A stretch of DNA of 64,000 bases from Octopus vulgaris (GCA_951406725.2 OX597830.1:15562001-15626000); one strand, 5' to 3'. Positions 29,250 to 42,831 are shown, counted from the stretch's first letter. Made by a program: numbers and translations. The notes: generated from the sequence alone by a model not told the origin.

Positions 29250-29642
29250 CTACTGGTTTCAGTCCCTGAAATCTTCCCTTGTTGGGAGCCCTGCTTCAGT
29301 GAACCTTAGTCAGCCACATTGACCTTAGTACTTAGTTTCGTTTTGGTTACGAATTTTATCAATGTCTGTAAGTCTTCTTTGTTGAGCAGCTAAGTCACCC
29401 GGCAAAAGCAACAACACTGTGTTTTCTTCTGGCGGGTGTTAATATAAATGTATAAACACACATGCATAAACACTCACTCACACACACACACACATGCACA
29501 CACACACCCAATTAAGTAAATTAATGAATTGGTTAACCTGAGGCTCTTTTAGAAAACACTTGTCTGAGGTGCCATGTAATGAGATTGAAACTGGAATTGT
29601 GTTGATACCAAGCAAATTTCCTAACCACACAGCCACGCCTGT
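29250..29642 (-). mobile_element. Old copy of the cttcccaaccacatggttc SINE family
   Basis: Colinear with 44073-44473. Confidence 0.65.
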
Positions 29643-29877
29643 ACTTATCACTTATATTTAATTATAGTGCAGTGTATATCTATGTATTTATGGTGGTTGT
29701 ATAGTCTATATGTGTGCTTGCACATGTTACTCTATATGTCTATATGTATATTGATAGCATGTGGTTTCTGTGTGTACTGTGTATGTTCTGCGCATTTTGC
29801 TGTATATGTATCTGTGTATGTATATTGATTGTACACTGTGTTTACATATGTTATCTGCGTGTTTGTATTTGTTCTGT

Positions 29878-29879
<2 letters not shown>

Positions 29880-29908
<29 letters not shown>

Positions 29909-29945
29909 CACACACATACATCTATATATATATACACACATACAT

Positions 29946-29978
<33 letters not shown>

Positions 29979-30014
29979 TACATCTATATATATATATATA
30001 CACACACATACATT

Positions 30015-30045
<31 letters not shown>

Positions 30046-30182
30046 ATATATATGTATATATATATACACACACATACATTTAGATACGTTTATATATATG
30101 CACACATTTGTATATATATATATATATGTATATATATATACACACACATACATTTAGATACGTTTATATATATGCACACATT

Positions 30183-30226
<44 letters not shown>

Positions 30227-30270
30227 TATATGTGTATGTGTGTATATGTATATATTTGTATGTGTGTGTT
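29880..30270. repeat. (TA)n/(CA)n higher-order repeat
   Basis: acacacatacat(c/t)ta unit repeated; catttagatacgttt occurs twice. Confidence 0.9.
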
Positions 30271-32061
30271 TAATGACTTTACACTCTATGTATATTTGTA
30301 TATTCTACTTAAGTCTGTCTGTGTAGTGATTTGTATGTTGTCAGTATTTTAGTAAGTTTTTATTTCCCCAAGCTGATGCCTCTCCTGGTGCCAACCTCAC
30401 CGCGGTGGAAACACCCACTAACCATACTCTCAAACAGACACAGTCAAGTGGAGAGCATGTAGCTTTTGTTAGCCATGAGAGCACAAAGTAATTTTGTTGT
30501 TGTTGTTGGGCCCTTTTTAATGGTCACTCATCTGGGTCAGCATTGTTTTAATTTAGTAACCCTAACATAAACAGAAGCTTTCCTTCACTACCGGACTGGC
30601 TATGAACTTCTCGTGCACGTATGCTGTGTAGTAGCAAGGTCTTTGTGTGTGTGTTTACAAAGTTGTTTTGTGATATGCGTGTATGTAGCTGTGTAAAAAT
30701 GCACACATTTGCGAGTATGTGTAATGTATAGATGTGTGTATGCATACGCACACGTGATGTATGATACTGTATTTTTGCATGTGTATATATTGTGTGTGGG
30801 GGCATATATGAAGTGTGTATGTGGGCATATGTATAATATGTGTGTATATGTGCATGTATCTGTGTGTGAGTGTTCACATGTTGGAACTTCATAAAATGTG
30901 TACATGTGCGTATGCTAGCTTCTTTCTGTAGAACTTTCGGTAATATATAGTGCAATAAAATAAAATAAAATAAAATAAAATAAAATAAACAATCACTTGC
31001 TTCTGTTCATCTGCCAATTAGGTTTTTTTTTTTTTTATTATTTTTATTTTATTTTTTTTTTAAGCAAAACCCATTTTCCCTCCTTTTGTTCTCTGATAAT
31101 TGTCTATAACATCTAATTTTCATGATGTGTTTGTGTATTCTATGAGTTCCACAAAAATATCTATGATTATTGCCGTTAATTTAGACTTTCTTTATTTTCT
31201 ATCATCTTTTCTCTTCCCTTACAGAAATTAAGAATTTTTTTCACAGCAGTTACAACTTCTGTATTTATTCTTTGCTTTTACCATCTCTAATTGCCGTGGA
31301 AACTTTTTTGCTTGATTTTTTTTTTTTTCTTTCATTTTTCCTGCAAATTAAAGGCAAGATTTTTTTTTTTTTTTTTTTGTTTCTGTTTTTGTTTGCTATT
31401 CAACTGGTCAGTTTCATTAGTATAATTTCACTACGGAACACTGGATATCGCATTCAGAATTTTATTTTTACTTGTGTCTTTAATGTTTGATGCTTGCAAA
31501 GTTATTTGTCATTATTTGAAATTCATTAAAAATTACATCACTAGTGATATTAATTTTGCTATATTAATAGAAGAAAAAAAAAGCATAACCATTTAGAATT
31601 GCTATACTTTATCAAATAGCTCCAGTCGATGGATTCGTTTCATATATTTCATTGTTTTTCATTAGTTTATTTTTATTTTTAATCCTTCAAAAATTATATT
31701 TGAATGAGAAATAATTTTTCATGTTGTATGAAAATTGAAGAGTCTTACGTTTAGCTTCAGAGGCGAATTGGATAGCTATTTCTAGCAACATTATATGCTT
31801 CATCAGAAATCTCATACACACACACACACACACAGATATATATATATATATATATATATTGTGTTATGTTAAGAAGCAGTTACACGATACCAGAATTTTC
31901 AACCCAAGTCAGGTATAACAAACTGCTTTAAATTGTTGTTAGAGTATCTGTATTAGTGGAGCCTGGGCTGGCTAGTTTGTACTGACATTTCAGGTCTGTG
32001 TAATATATATACAATAGGAAATGCATCCTTTACACGAACCTTCCTCAGTTAAAAACATTTC

Positions 32062-32102
<41 letters not shown>

Positions 32103-32238
32103 GGTACTGCAAATTTAGGGTGAATATTTGATGAGTGTAAGCACCTGTTATATGCCAGATAGTGGCAGAGGTGAGAGGGAATATATCAAATAAAATCAAA
32201 AACAGATATCCTTTGTGTTCTGTTTTTGATTTTATTTG

Positions 32239-32281
<43 letters not shown>

Positions 32282-32470
32282 ATAATAACAATAATCCTTG
32301 GATGGAATTTATAAATATTTTAATGCATAACTACGCGCATTTCTACGAATCACATGTCTCTTAATATCACAGTCCGTATTCCTAGGATGATTATTATGTA
32401 GTCCTTAGTATCTGTGAGCATCAGGTTGATCATCATCATGGATTCATTTCTTAAGACGATATAGCATTAA

Positions 32471-32691
32471 CCCGTTCGTTACCAGCCCGGCTGGAACCGG
32501 CTCTGGCTCTGTTGTACAAATGTCTCGTTTTCATAAGTTTTGAATTAAAATCTTCCACCAAACCTTAGTCACAATTTATGTTCCTAGCACTAGCTGAATG
32601 ATAACTAAGTTATTTTACTAAATTCTTTGTTATATCTAAAGTAATTGAAAGGAACACAGAGCAGCTCAAAATAACTACAGTAATGAAAGGG
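32471..32691 (+). mobile_element. piggyBac-type MITE, family 1 (221 bp)
   Basis: TTAA|cccgttcgttac ... gtaatgaaaggg|TTAA; second copy at 49963-50183. Confidence 0.85.
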
Positions 32692-33482
32692 TTAATTGAG
32701 GTTTAACTGAGATTTGTTTATCCCTTATGACCAGTGAGAAAATTGATTGAGTTATATGTGTGTGTTCTTCTATTTATTATAAGTAGTTGGTCATCAGCTG
32801 GTTTTCCTTTTTAAATGTAAATCAAGAGGTATCAGTACCTTTGTATGGGTACAGAAAAACCAGAATGAGCATTTGCAACCAGCCCCTATCTGTCTTTTCC
32901 CCCAATATTCTTCACTGTTCTGATTACAGCTTGCCATTAATCAAATTCTTTTTTGAAATTAACAACGTAAATAAAATACAAACGAAGCATTCAAATGGAA
33001 ATTTCAACAAAAGTATTTATAATTTGTTTGTAATAATTATTTTTGTAGAGTTGGGATGGTTGTTACAACTAGTAGGTAGGAGTTACTTAGTGTGTCTAAA
33101 CTTAAGCTGCTTAATAGATAAACAATTTTCAATAGTTTTTAGATTTTCTAGTATTTTGGTTGACAGCTATTGTCTAAAACATCTCTCCATCACTTCATTT
33201 TTCTATAAATGTTCATAATGAAGAATGAGGAATAAAAACACTGTAAACCATAGTTAAAACAAGTCTATAAGAATTGGTCTTATTACATACTTGTAAACTA
33301 TAGGTATTCTCTCTAGTATGTTCTGCTAAATAGAATGAATATACTAATTTGTCATAATTTAATACTATATATTTGCTATAAGTATACATATGTATATGTG
33401 TGTTTGTGTGTGCGTGTAATATATACATAGATATATGTACATGCGTGTGTACAGATATATAAATATATATTTTTGTGTGTGC

Positions 33483-33520
<38 letters not shown>

Positions 33521-34558
33521 TTATATATATATATATATATATGCATATATACATATGCATATATAAATATGTATGCATATATATATATGTATGCATATAT
33601 ACATATACATGCATACATATATATATATATATGTATGTATATGTATATGTGGGGACAAAGAGAAAGAGGGAGAAATATGCTTTTCCAGAACAATACTGCT
33701 TTTTAGCAGAAGACAAAATTTGTTATTTCATTTAAAAATGTACCAAGACTAATCAGCAGAACCATTATTTATACAAGAACTGAAGATTTTCATTTTTGTG
33801 TCTAATACAGTTTTCATTATTTCCATTAGCTTCAATATTTCAGGATTTGTTTTTATTTCTATTTTGGAAGCTGAAGTAAGTGAGAAGAGAATGCTATCTG
33901 TTAAATTAGTGTGAAGACAGTTCTATATTTTCAATAATGTTTTTGAACTGTCAACCTCCCGTAAATGTAAATATTTTCATTATGTGTCATATTTAACACA
34001 GTATAAAGATTGTGTTGTCGAGAAAGTTCATTTTATTTTTTAACAAATTTCTTTAATTTCTTCACTTCACAAAATAAGAGAGATTCTTTTTCTGTAAAGC
34101 AGTTATATGTTTAATGTAAGGGACCTTGTATGATTCGAAATACATCTACAGAATATGATAAAAGATAGAAGGAAAAAAAAAATGAGATATCAATCTGAAA
34201 ACATTGATGTAACATTCTAAAAGATGAAAATTACTTTATATTAACAACTGATGATTGTCTCTGCCTTCCACAATCACCTACTATCATTATGACCATCATC
34301 ATCGTCATCCATTTAATGTTTCCATTGAATTTTGTTGTATATTAATATTATTAGAATTCCTATCAAAATAACATCTGGTTGTTGTAGATGTAAAAATTTT
34401 TTTCTTGCTTAATTTTGATTCTGTAACCTTACTTTCAAACACTGTAAAGCTTGTATTTGATTAAAAGGAATAGAATTTTTATTATGGTGTGAATTAACTG
34501 GTCGTATGTATATAGGTATTTGTGCGTGTGTGTTTGTTTATCTATCTATCTATCTATC

Positions 34559-34590
<32 letters not shown>

Positions 34591-34629
34591 GAGAGAGATA
34601 GTTAGATAGATAGATAGATAGATAGATAG

Positions 34630-34768
34630 GCATTGGGTAGGGCATCCAGCTGTAGAAACCATGCCAAATCAGACTGGGGTCTTGTGCAGCCCCTCAGCTT
34701 GCCAGTCTTGGTCAAACCATCCAACCCATGCCAGCATGGACAACAGACGTTAAATGATGATGATGATA
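34630..34768 (+). mobile_element. (GAT)n-tailed retroposon 3' fragment
   Basis: gggcatccagctgtagaaacc...gacgttaaatgatgatgat; another copy at 35690-35862. Confidence 0.8.
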
Positions 34769-35040
34769 TACACACTCACACATTGACCATCATATAGCTT
34801 TAACCTAACTACATTCTTTTGTAAACTCCTATGACCTGAAGATGACACACCTAAATAAACACACTTGATTACAAAGTTCTATATGCATGAATAAATTCTA
34901 AACAATAGCAAAATTCTCCATAACACCTTGTCATCACAACCTACCATATAACCCAATTAGCATTCAACAGAACTCAGCTAGCTCTTGAAAATTTTAACTT
35001 AACAGAAATTATATAAAGCTAAGGTGAACTCAAATCTACT

Positions 35041-35085
35041 GCAGTCTGATGACGGTTTAGCTGCCTGAAACTTTGAAGTCACTGT
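35041..35085 (+). ncRNA. Type I minimal hammerhead ribozyme (Penelope-like element)
   Basis: gcagt-CUGAUGA-cggt/ttagct/gcct-GAA-Actt(tg)aagU-C-actgt: intact core, stems I-III, GUC cleavage triplet. Confidence 0.7.
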
Positions 35086-36585
35086 CAGTACTATTCTTGT
35101 TAATGAATAATGAATTTGTACCCTACCAAAAATATTGAGTAATCCTTCAATTTGATGTAAAATCGTTTTTATATACATATATATATATATTATAATCATT
35201 ATTTTGTATTCCTTTCTCCATCTACCATGGACTGGAAGAGTTTCTCATTGTCTCACTACTTAGTGAAGTCCTTTGGCTTCTGTGCTGTCATTATGTAAGG
35301 CATCAGAATAACTGGCAGTGGGTGTTCTTGCTCTTTGAGCTTTAACTCCAAATCCTGCTGAGGTCAAATTTAGGATTGATAAAGAAAGGACCAATCAAAT
35401 GCTGATACCTCTCCCCCCTCCTCTGGCTGCCACAACCTGGATGTTTCACTCAGTCATTTCTAGAATGGTTATGAGGGTATCTGTACCTGCTTGCATATAC
35501 ACAGATGCTTAAAACAATTAGCAAAACTATGGTACATGCTGATGCCAAGTCTTACTCATTGTGAGTGATGGTTGTATTGCATGTGTCTTTCTCTCTCTAC
35601 ACATACACACATACACATATATATGCATATATATAAGCACACATACAAATATATGTTTACATGTGTATGTACACATGTGTGATATTGCATCAAAGTACCC
35701 AATACACTCTGTAAAGTAGTTGGCTTTAGAAAGGGCATCCAGCCATAGAAACCATGCCAAAACAGACAGGGAACACGAGCAGCTCTTCAGCTGACTAGCT
35801 CCTGTCCAACTGTCCAACTCATGCCAGCATGGAAAACAGACGTTAAATGATGATGATGATGATATATATATATATAAACCTACTAACAGATTGCTAGAAC
35901 TATTTATTTTCCTGGGTTATCCTGTTCAAATTACATTGGATCTATGATAGTATGCATCTGTGTGTGTCTGTGTCTACATCAGTTTAAACACTGGTGTTAC
36001 TATTTATGTTGTGTCTCTCTCTGTTGGTTCTATAGCTCATAATTTGGTGATTCAGCAAATGTACCAGTGGTAGACAATCTTTCAATGAAACCATGGAAAT
36101 CAATATTTCATTGATTTCCAATTGACACTGTCATTTATCACAATTCACAGCAGGAGTGTTACTGTTCTGTTTTTACCAGTGATGTGAACTTTGAACCCAC
36201 AGAGCTGGAACTAGAGGCTATAACACATCCCTCTTATACTCTAACAATTCCACCTGTTCATTGCTTTGAATTGGTTCTCCATTTTCTGATCTCGAAAGGA
36301 TAGAAGGACAAGTTGACCTTGCTTTGATTTGAACTTAGGGTACAGAGATTTGAAATGTACTATTGTACCATTCTGTCCAACACTCTAATGACTCGGCCAA
36401 TACAACAAATAGTAATTGACACAATGACTCCCAGACTGAATTAAGTGCTGGAGTGGTTGATATGAATGATTAAAACCCTTTTAGGCAGTGCTTCGGCAAA
36501 GCCATTGTCCAACGACAAACTCCATCAAAAGTGTGACGAGTGTGTGTGTGTGTGTGTGTTAGATTGCTGGAAAGACAGATATTAA

Positions 36586-36807
36586 CCCTCCGGCATGCAG
36601 ATTACTCTGTCAAATGTAATACTTAGGTATTCATATCATTTTAAAATTAATCATGCATTATTTCATAGCTTTGAGATTTCGATGATGTGTTTATTTATTT
36701 TTTAAAATGACACTGTAGGGTAGGTGTGAAAAGCCAGATATGACCAATTTGAAGATAAAACAGGTAGAATATTTTGGCTGGATATGGCCGGTTTAAATGC
36801 GAAAGAG
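36586..36807 (+). mobile_element. piggyBac-type MITE, family 2
   Basis: TTAA|ccct...aaagag|ttga; homologous to 48643-48862. Confidence 0.8.
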
Positions 36808-36994
36808 TTGATGTGAGTTTTTATATATAATTATTTATGGAAACAGTCACATTAATAGAGGGATTGCTTGATACATTTAAGAGGAGTGTCATATTGTAAC
36901 AAGAAGAGGCTGACTTCACTTAGAATTTTTGCCAATCATTGGTTTTGTCCAGTTGAATATTGAGGAAACTTCAAAGTTACTATCAGACATTTCT

Positions 36995-37030
<36 letters not shown>

Positions 37031-37167
37031 ATTAATCAAAATAAAAACATGATGCCAAGGATTTAGCGGTACATATGTTTCGGGCCTTATCACCTACACC
37101 ACTAAATGGTATATACAGGTGCTTACAATTATCAAGTATTCACCCTGAATTTTTATATATATAAAGA

Positions 37168-37198
<31 letters not shown>

Positions 37199-37287
37199 GT
37201 ATATAAACAATTGCAGTGTGGAAGGTGTTTATAAGCCATTTAAGAAACACAAAAACCGTTAGATTCAGTTCAACATTTAAAATTTAA

Positions 37288-37338
37288 TTTGTCAAAATAT
37301 TTTCGTCGCTTTGAGACCGCGACCTGTTCACTGACAAA
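37288..37338 (-). ncRNA. Hammerhead-like motif with variant core GUGAACA (G3-C8)
   Basis: tttgtca-GUGAACA-g-gtcgc/ggtctcaaa/gcgac-GAA-AAUAUU-U-tgacaaa; 7-bp stem I, 5-bp stem II, palindromic stem III. Confidence 0.6.
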
Positions 37339-37351
37339 ATTTCGTGCTGCA

Positions 37352-37760
37352 TCTGAGAAAGTCCAAAGAAAAACTAAGCTTTATGGCTTTATTAAAAAGT
37401 AATTTGTTGTTTTATTTGCAATTTACTCAAGCTGGTCTTCTTCAAATTAGTTCTCTCCTCTGTGGATGTACCACTTCTAATATATCTTCTCCAGTTTAGA
37501 AACAAATTTCACTTCTCAGAGCAGATTTTCATTATCTCTTCTGTAGACTGAAACTGACGACCTTCGGGGTGGATTTTTGGGGGAGCATAAATACCTGCAG
37601 GGGCCAAATCCAGAGTGTAGAGGGATAGATGTGAGTCATCTCTTGCTTCTGAAAGTTACAGGTGAGAAGCGACAGGCAAGCAGGTGTGTTGTCTTGGTAC
37701 TCTATCCAAGATTTTCTTTGTTCTTCACCCGGGCAGCTTCCTTCATTCTACCTTTCTTTG
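37352..37760 (-). mobile_element. Decayed mariner transposase C-terminal remnant
   Basis: Minus strand tccctctacactctggatttggcccctgca reads SLYTLDLAPA, resembling mariner PPYSPDLAP; heavily mutated. Confidence 0.45.
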
Positions 37761-37853
37761 AACACCAGTTTCCAAGTAAGGTAATATTTTCCTATTGCCA
37801 GAAACTGAAAGAAGCCCAGTGTATGTATGTATGTGTGTGTGTGTGTGTGTGTG

Positions 37854-37946
<93 letters not shown>

Positions 37947-38945
37947 AAATATATATATATATATATATATATACACATGTGTGTTTGTGCTTCCTTGTCC
38001 TTGAAGTTGCATAATATAAATGGGCATCACCTTTGTACAGGTGGTATCTTTTGTTTGCAGTCCTGACCATAATGCCATGCCCCGCCCCCATATATATATA
38101 TATATATACACACATATGTACATGCATTTATATATATGTATGTATATGTATTTATATATTTGTGCATATATATATATATATATTTATGTATGTATTACAT
38201 TTATATATTTATTGTGTACATGTATATATACTTATGTATGTTTGTTTGCTTTGTGTGTGAGTGTGTATTATTAATCAGATCTTGCATGTTTTATGCAATA
38301 TCATTGCTACCATAGATGAGCTGATTATCAAAACTTAATCCACTTTTTCTAATGAAAACTGGGAAAACAATAGAATTGGTTACCATTTTTATGTTGTAAA
38401 TATTTTAATGCCTTTTTTTTTTTTTCAATTGATGTTCTAATTCTTAGTTTTTGTACATTAACAACCATAAAAAAAAATATGTGTGCAAATTAATATTTAA
38501 CTGTTGCTAAGGTGTTTTATTTACACACAGTTTTAAATCTAATATTAAGTTAGAAAATTAACAATAATATATTATATGATAGTTATTTGTAAATATAGTA
38601 TTAATAAATTTTAAAAACAGCACCATAAAAGAACTTGTGTAAAATAGGTGTTTCAGAACTTCAGTTCAATGATGTTGAATAATTTATCCAATGAGTAAAT
38701 TAAATATCGGGCTTTGATGTTACATAGGAAATATTTAAAGCACATTACATTATATTCTATAATAAGCCATGGTTAACATGGCTGCAGAAGAATATATTTT
38801 TGTAATGTTAGTGCAACTATTGTTAACATAGATTCCAATGGAAATGGAATGTTGAAGGTTTTATTGAAATTCTTCAGATAACTTGGTGTGTGGAAATAAG
38901 AAGAAAACTTAGTTTTGAATTAATGGAATCCAAGAGAGTTTATTA

Positions 38946-40941
38946 ACATATTTTTCAGAATTTAAGACACTCAGTATATATAAGATGCATCTTTATATTG
39001 AAGATAAAGTTTTGTTTTATTTTTTTTTGTTTTTGGTGGGGAGCTATAGTCATATTTGAAAGATTTTTCTTAAAAACAAAATCCATCTGAAACTTTAAAA
39101 GAGAGTATATATTGTTCTAAACACAAAAGTACTCAAAATATCGAAATAAGAAATTACTCTGGTTTGAAACCAACCAGATCCTCATTGCTTCTACTTTCTC
39201 CTGTAAAAGAATCCAACATTTTAATCATTGAATCCAATATCATGATAAAAAAAAATGTCATCCTTGGTCATTTCCACAGCATAACTGATACCATATTTCT
39301 TAACTGACTTAATCACCATATCATTTCTTATTTTACCCCAGAAATTCTTCATCCACATACACGACTGACCCAACATCTGTCTCTTCCTTTATCTGATAGG
39401 GGTCATAGTTAAATATTCCAGCTGCATCCTGTTCCATTCCTCTCTCATTGAAGTCTCAAGGTGTTTGTATATAGAAGCATCAAGTGGTTGCAGGTGACTT
39501 TGTTAAACCACTGCATATAATAGCCTGTAGTGTTATAAACTCATTAGCTTTTTTTTTTTTTTACTATTTTATGAGCTCTAAAGTAATCCCAGATGAAAAG
39601 AGAAGGCTCTTCTAATAAACCATCTGGATGTTTTGACCAAACTTTCTCAAACCAAAGAAATATTCAGCCATTCTTTTTTTCATGAATATGGACAGAGGCA
39701 CCACTAGGTCCATTTTGTTTAGGCATTGCTTTCTGTTTAAAAATTAACATTGATGGTAGTTTTGTTCCATCCACACAACATATTAGCATCACTGTATGAT
39801 GAGACATTCCAGTGGTTTCCATAGTAATAGTTTTAATAGCTTTTATATAAGTTGTTCCATTGCTTGGAACACCAAATGTTAACAGAGTTTCATCCATGTT
39901 TACGACTTGAGACAATTCAAATGAAACTCCTTTTCGTAACTGTATAAAATTCTTGTGAAAAACACAAATTTTCTTTGCAAACTCATTGGATTTTCTTTGT
40001 GCAATTTTCATTTTGATTCTTGTAGATTTGTCTTGTGTTTCATGAACTAATTACACCATGATACATGGTCTGTAAAATCTCCCAAGTTGTTATCACATGG
40101 AATCTTCTTTACTTCAAAATATGTTTGTAGAAACAAACTTAAGATGGGTTTTTTCTCTCTCCAGAATTTGCATTTTAATCATTTTCAGTTCTATTTCTTG
40201 TTTGAGCCAACAATGAATCATTTTATTCTGTTGGTGGGGTACCAAAATATCTTTTGGAAGCTCTGTTTCCATATCTTTTGTACTATAACTTATCACACTT
40301 GAATTTAGCTGTGGATGACGGTTTCTTTCCTTCAATAATGAGATAATGAAATAATATAACTATTTGGCTCCCTACACGCAAAATAGAGTACTTTGTCTTT
40401 TGGGTTATGCATCAAGCTTGATGGTAAGCACATGCCAGACTGTCAAGTGACCAATAAAAATTGAAAAACTTATCAGGTGACGGCCAACACTAATTGCATT
40501 AAGTACTTTGACTGGTCATCTGCATTGTACATTTGAAATTCTGTGTAACGACCCTAAAACCATTTTATATTGTTAAAAAATGTCAGGCCTGAAATTCTTC
40601 AGTAACAAAAACTGCTTTATTCTATTCTGCATCAAGCAGCAATTGTTGCGTAGTTGCTAGCTCATTCACTCTCATCCATTGCTAGATTTTATTTTTCTAT
40701 TATTTAGGGAGCATTATAAAGAGTTACGTTTATAACAATAGTAATCTATTGTTATAGACAACACATTCAAATGAATTGTACTATGCTTTTTTATTTGATA
40801 TTTACACATGGCTAGTGTATATCATCATATACATGTAGATGCATATTTTCCATACTTTTAGTATAGAGAACACAAGCAGATTTTGACATCAAATTATGGG
40901 TTAAAAAAGAAAAAAGTGTCCTATACACCAAAAAAAATCAG
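38946..40941 (-). mobile_element. Near full-length decayed pogo-superfamily DNA transposon (Passer/POGK-like)
   Basis: Degenerate TIRs ta|acatatttttcagaatttaagacac and revcomp ta|ctgattttttttggtgtataggacac flank a DDE transposase remnant. Confidence 0.8.
39255..40030 (-). pseudogene. DDE_1 pogo transposase remnant
   Basis: NMDETLLTF...TTG...HTVMLICCVDGTKLPSMLIFK; WFEKVWSKHPDGLLEEPSLFIWDYFRAH; GLT.HLQPLDASI; WGKIRNDMVIKSVKKYGIS. Motifs are spread over several frames. Confidence 0.9.
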
Positions 40942-41511
40942 TAATTGGATTTGAACAATTACCTTCTTAGGAACTCTTAACACACTTTTAGGTGGAATTG
41001 AAAACGGTTTATCATTATTTATTCCAGTTTCTGTTGTTTAACAGTCAAAATATGAAAAGTAGATGGTATGGGTTGGAATAGATATCAAAAGATACCCTAC
41101 AAAAACACTCTTATCTTTGATGTAAGTGAAACACTTTGAAAACATTGATTTTTCTTTTTTTTTAGGTGATTGGTAAAAATGAAGTCTTACTGATAATGTA
41201 ACACTTTTCCCTTTATTTATGACAAACACTGATTACTTTGTTCTAATAACCAGAGCAAACACTCCCACTAGTTTATTTTAGACAAAAAACCTAAAACCAC
41301 CAACTCATTAGTAGTGTTTGGCCTACCTATTAACTTTCTCAAATACATATATGTTTGTACATGTATCTACTGAGTTTGTGCCATTACTGCTTAACCGGTT
41401 TCATGAACCCAAGTTTAATTGGAGCAAATGTTTCACAGCTGAATATTCTTCTCTAGTACTACACCTTAAACGTAAAGTAAACTACAGTATCACATTCCAC
41501 CTAGATTGACA

Positions 41512-41965
41512 TGATATGGACTGAGGGGTAAGAAGTTTGCTTCTTGACCACATGGTTCCAGGTTCAATCCTACTGCGTGACACTTTGGGCAAGTGTCTTC
41601 TACTATAGTCTTGGGCTGACCAAAGCCTTGTGAGTGGATTTGCTAGACAGAAACTGAAAAAAGGCCATTCTGAGTGTGTGTGTGATTGTATATATCACAT
41701 TGCACCTAACTGTTTATATTAATTTTATGTGTGTGTGTTTGTCTGTGCCCCACCCCCACTGATTGATAACCAGTGTTGATGTGTGTTACATTCCCAAGAC
41801 TTATCAGTTCAACAATAGAAACCGATAGAATAGGTAATAAGTAACAGGTTTTAAAAAGAAATTAAGTACTGGATGGGTGGGAGGCGACTTATTTGACTAA
41901 AAATATTCTTCAAGCAGTGCTCCAGCATGGCCACAGTCTAATGACTGAAACAAAAGTAAAAGAAT
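41512..41965 (+). mobile_element. Full-length tRNA-derived SINE (cttcccaaccacatggttc family)
   Basis: B-box-like ggttcaatcc, ctttgggcaagtgtctt block, internal (TG)n, 3' end gactgaaacaaaagtaaaag. Confidence 0.85.
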
Positions 41966-42330
41966 GTCACTAAGCTATGCATTTTGTGAAAGAGAACCAT
42001 AAACTTTATCAACCTTGGTCAATAAGGTACATTACTTGGCTTGTACTTATTTTATTGACCCCAGGAGGATAAAAAACAAATTTGGTCTGAATGAGATTTG
42101 ATCTCAGAATGTAAAGGACATAGTTAAATGCTGCAAGGCATATGCTCACTCCAGTGCTCTACATCCAAGGTTCTTATTTAAAATGTCATTTTAACCAAAT
42201 ATCAATACCAATATTATCTTTCTGTCTTCGATTCTACAACAAGAAGATGTCTTCTTCTTGTGGAATATTAATCTTCAGTGTTTTCCACGTTCTGCACCAT
42301 AATCGAAATATCTCTAATGTTGTCAAGGAA

Positions 42331-42407
42331 TTACTCGTGGAGGAACACATCTCCGATCTTCAGTCTGTTGAGAAATAGAGTGCAGAGTCCAGATGTAATC
42401 CTATTCT
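42331..42407 (-). other. Candidate exon of an antisense transcript (3' end undefined)
   Basis: Strong acceptor ctttttttttttcttttttacag|AGAATAG at 42408/42407; longest frame ENRITSGLCTLFLNRLKIGDVFLHE*. Confidence 0.35.
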
Positions 42408-42831
42408 CTGTAAAAAAGAAAAAAAAAAAGCTTCATAACAAATAGGTCAGCAAAGTCAATTGATTTTCACTTATCAGGTCAACTGTGATTGAATTGTTGT
42501 CAGTTCGCTCTCTCACCTTTATATATTTATTTACAGTATCTTTTTTCATACTTGTGGGTGTGTCAGTTTTTATCAACAGCCTCAACACTAATAAGGGAAT
42601 TTGACAGATATATAACTGTAATTTACTTAATTAAACATAATTTTATCTCTAATTAAAACAATGTTGCTTTGCTGTCAAGCCTTATTTTCTAAGACAAGGG
42701 TTAGGTTCACTGATTGTTGACAATTGAGATTTGCTTTACAACCTGTATCTTTCTATTGATGGTTATTTGTATATAAAATAAGCTAGCATGTGATTAGACT
42801 AGAGCTACTTATAGATGTGTGTACTTATATA

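Noticed and set aside
32325-32390. Minus-strand gaaatgcgcgtag as a hammerhead 3' half
   Set aside because: Core and stem I are too degenerate to support.
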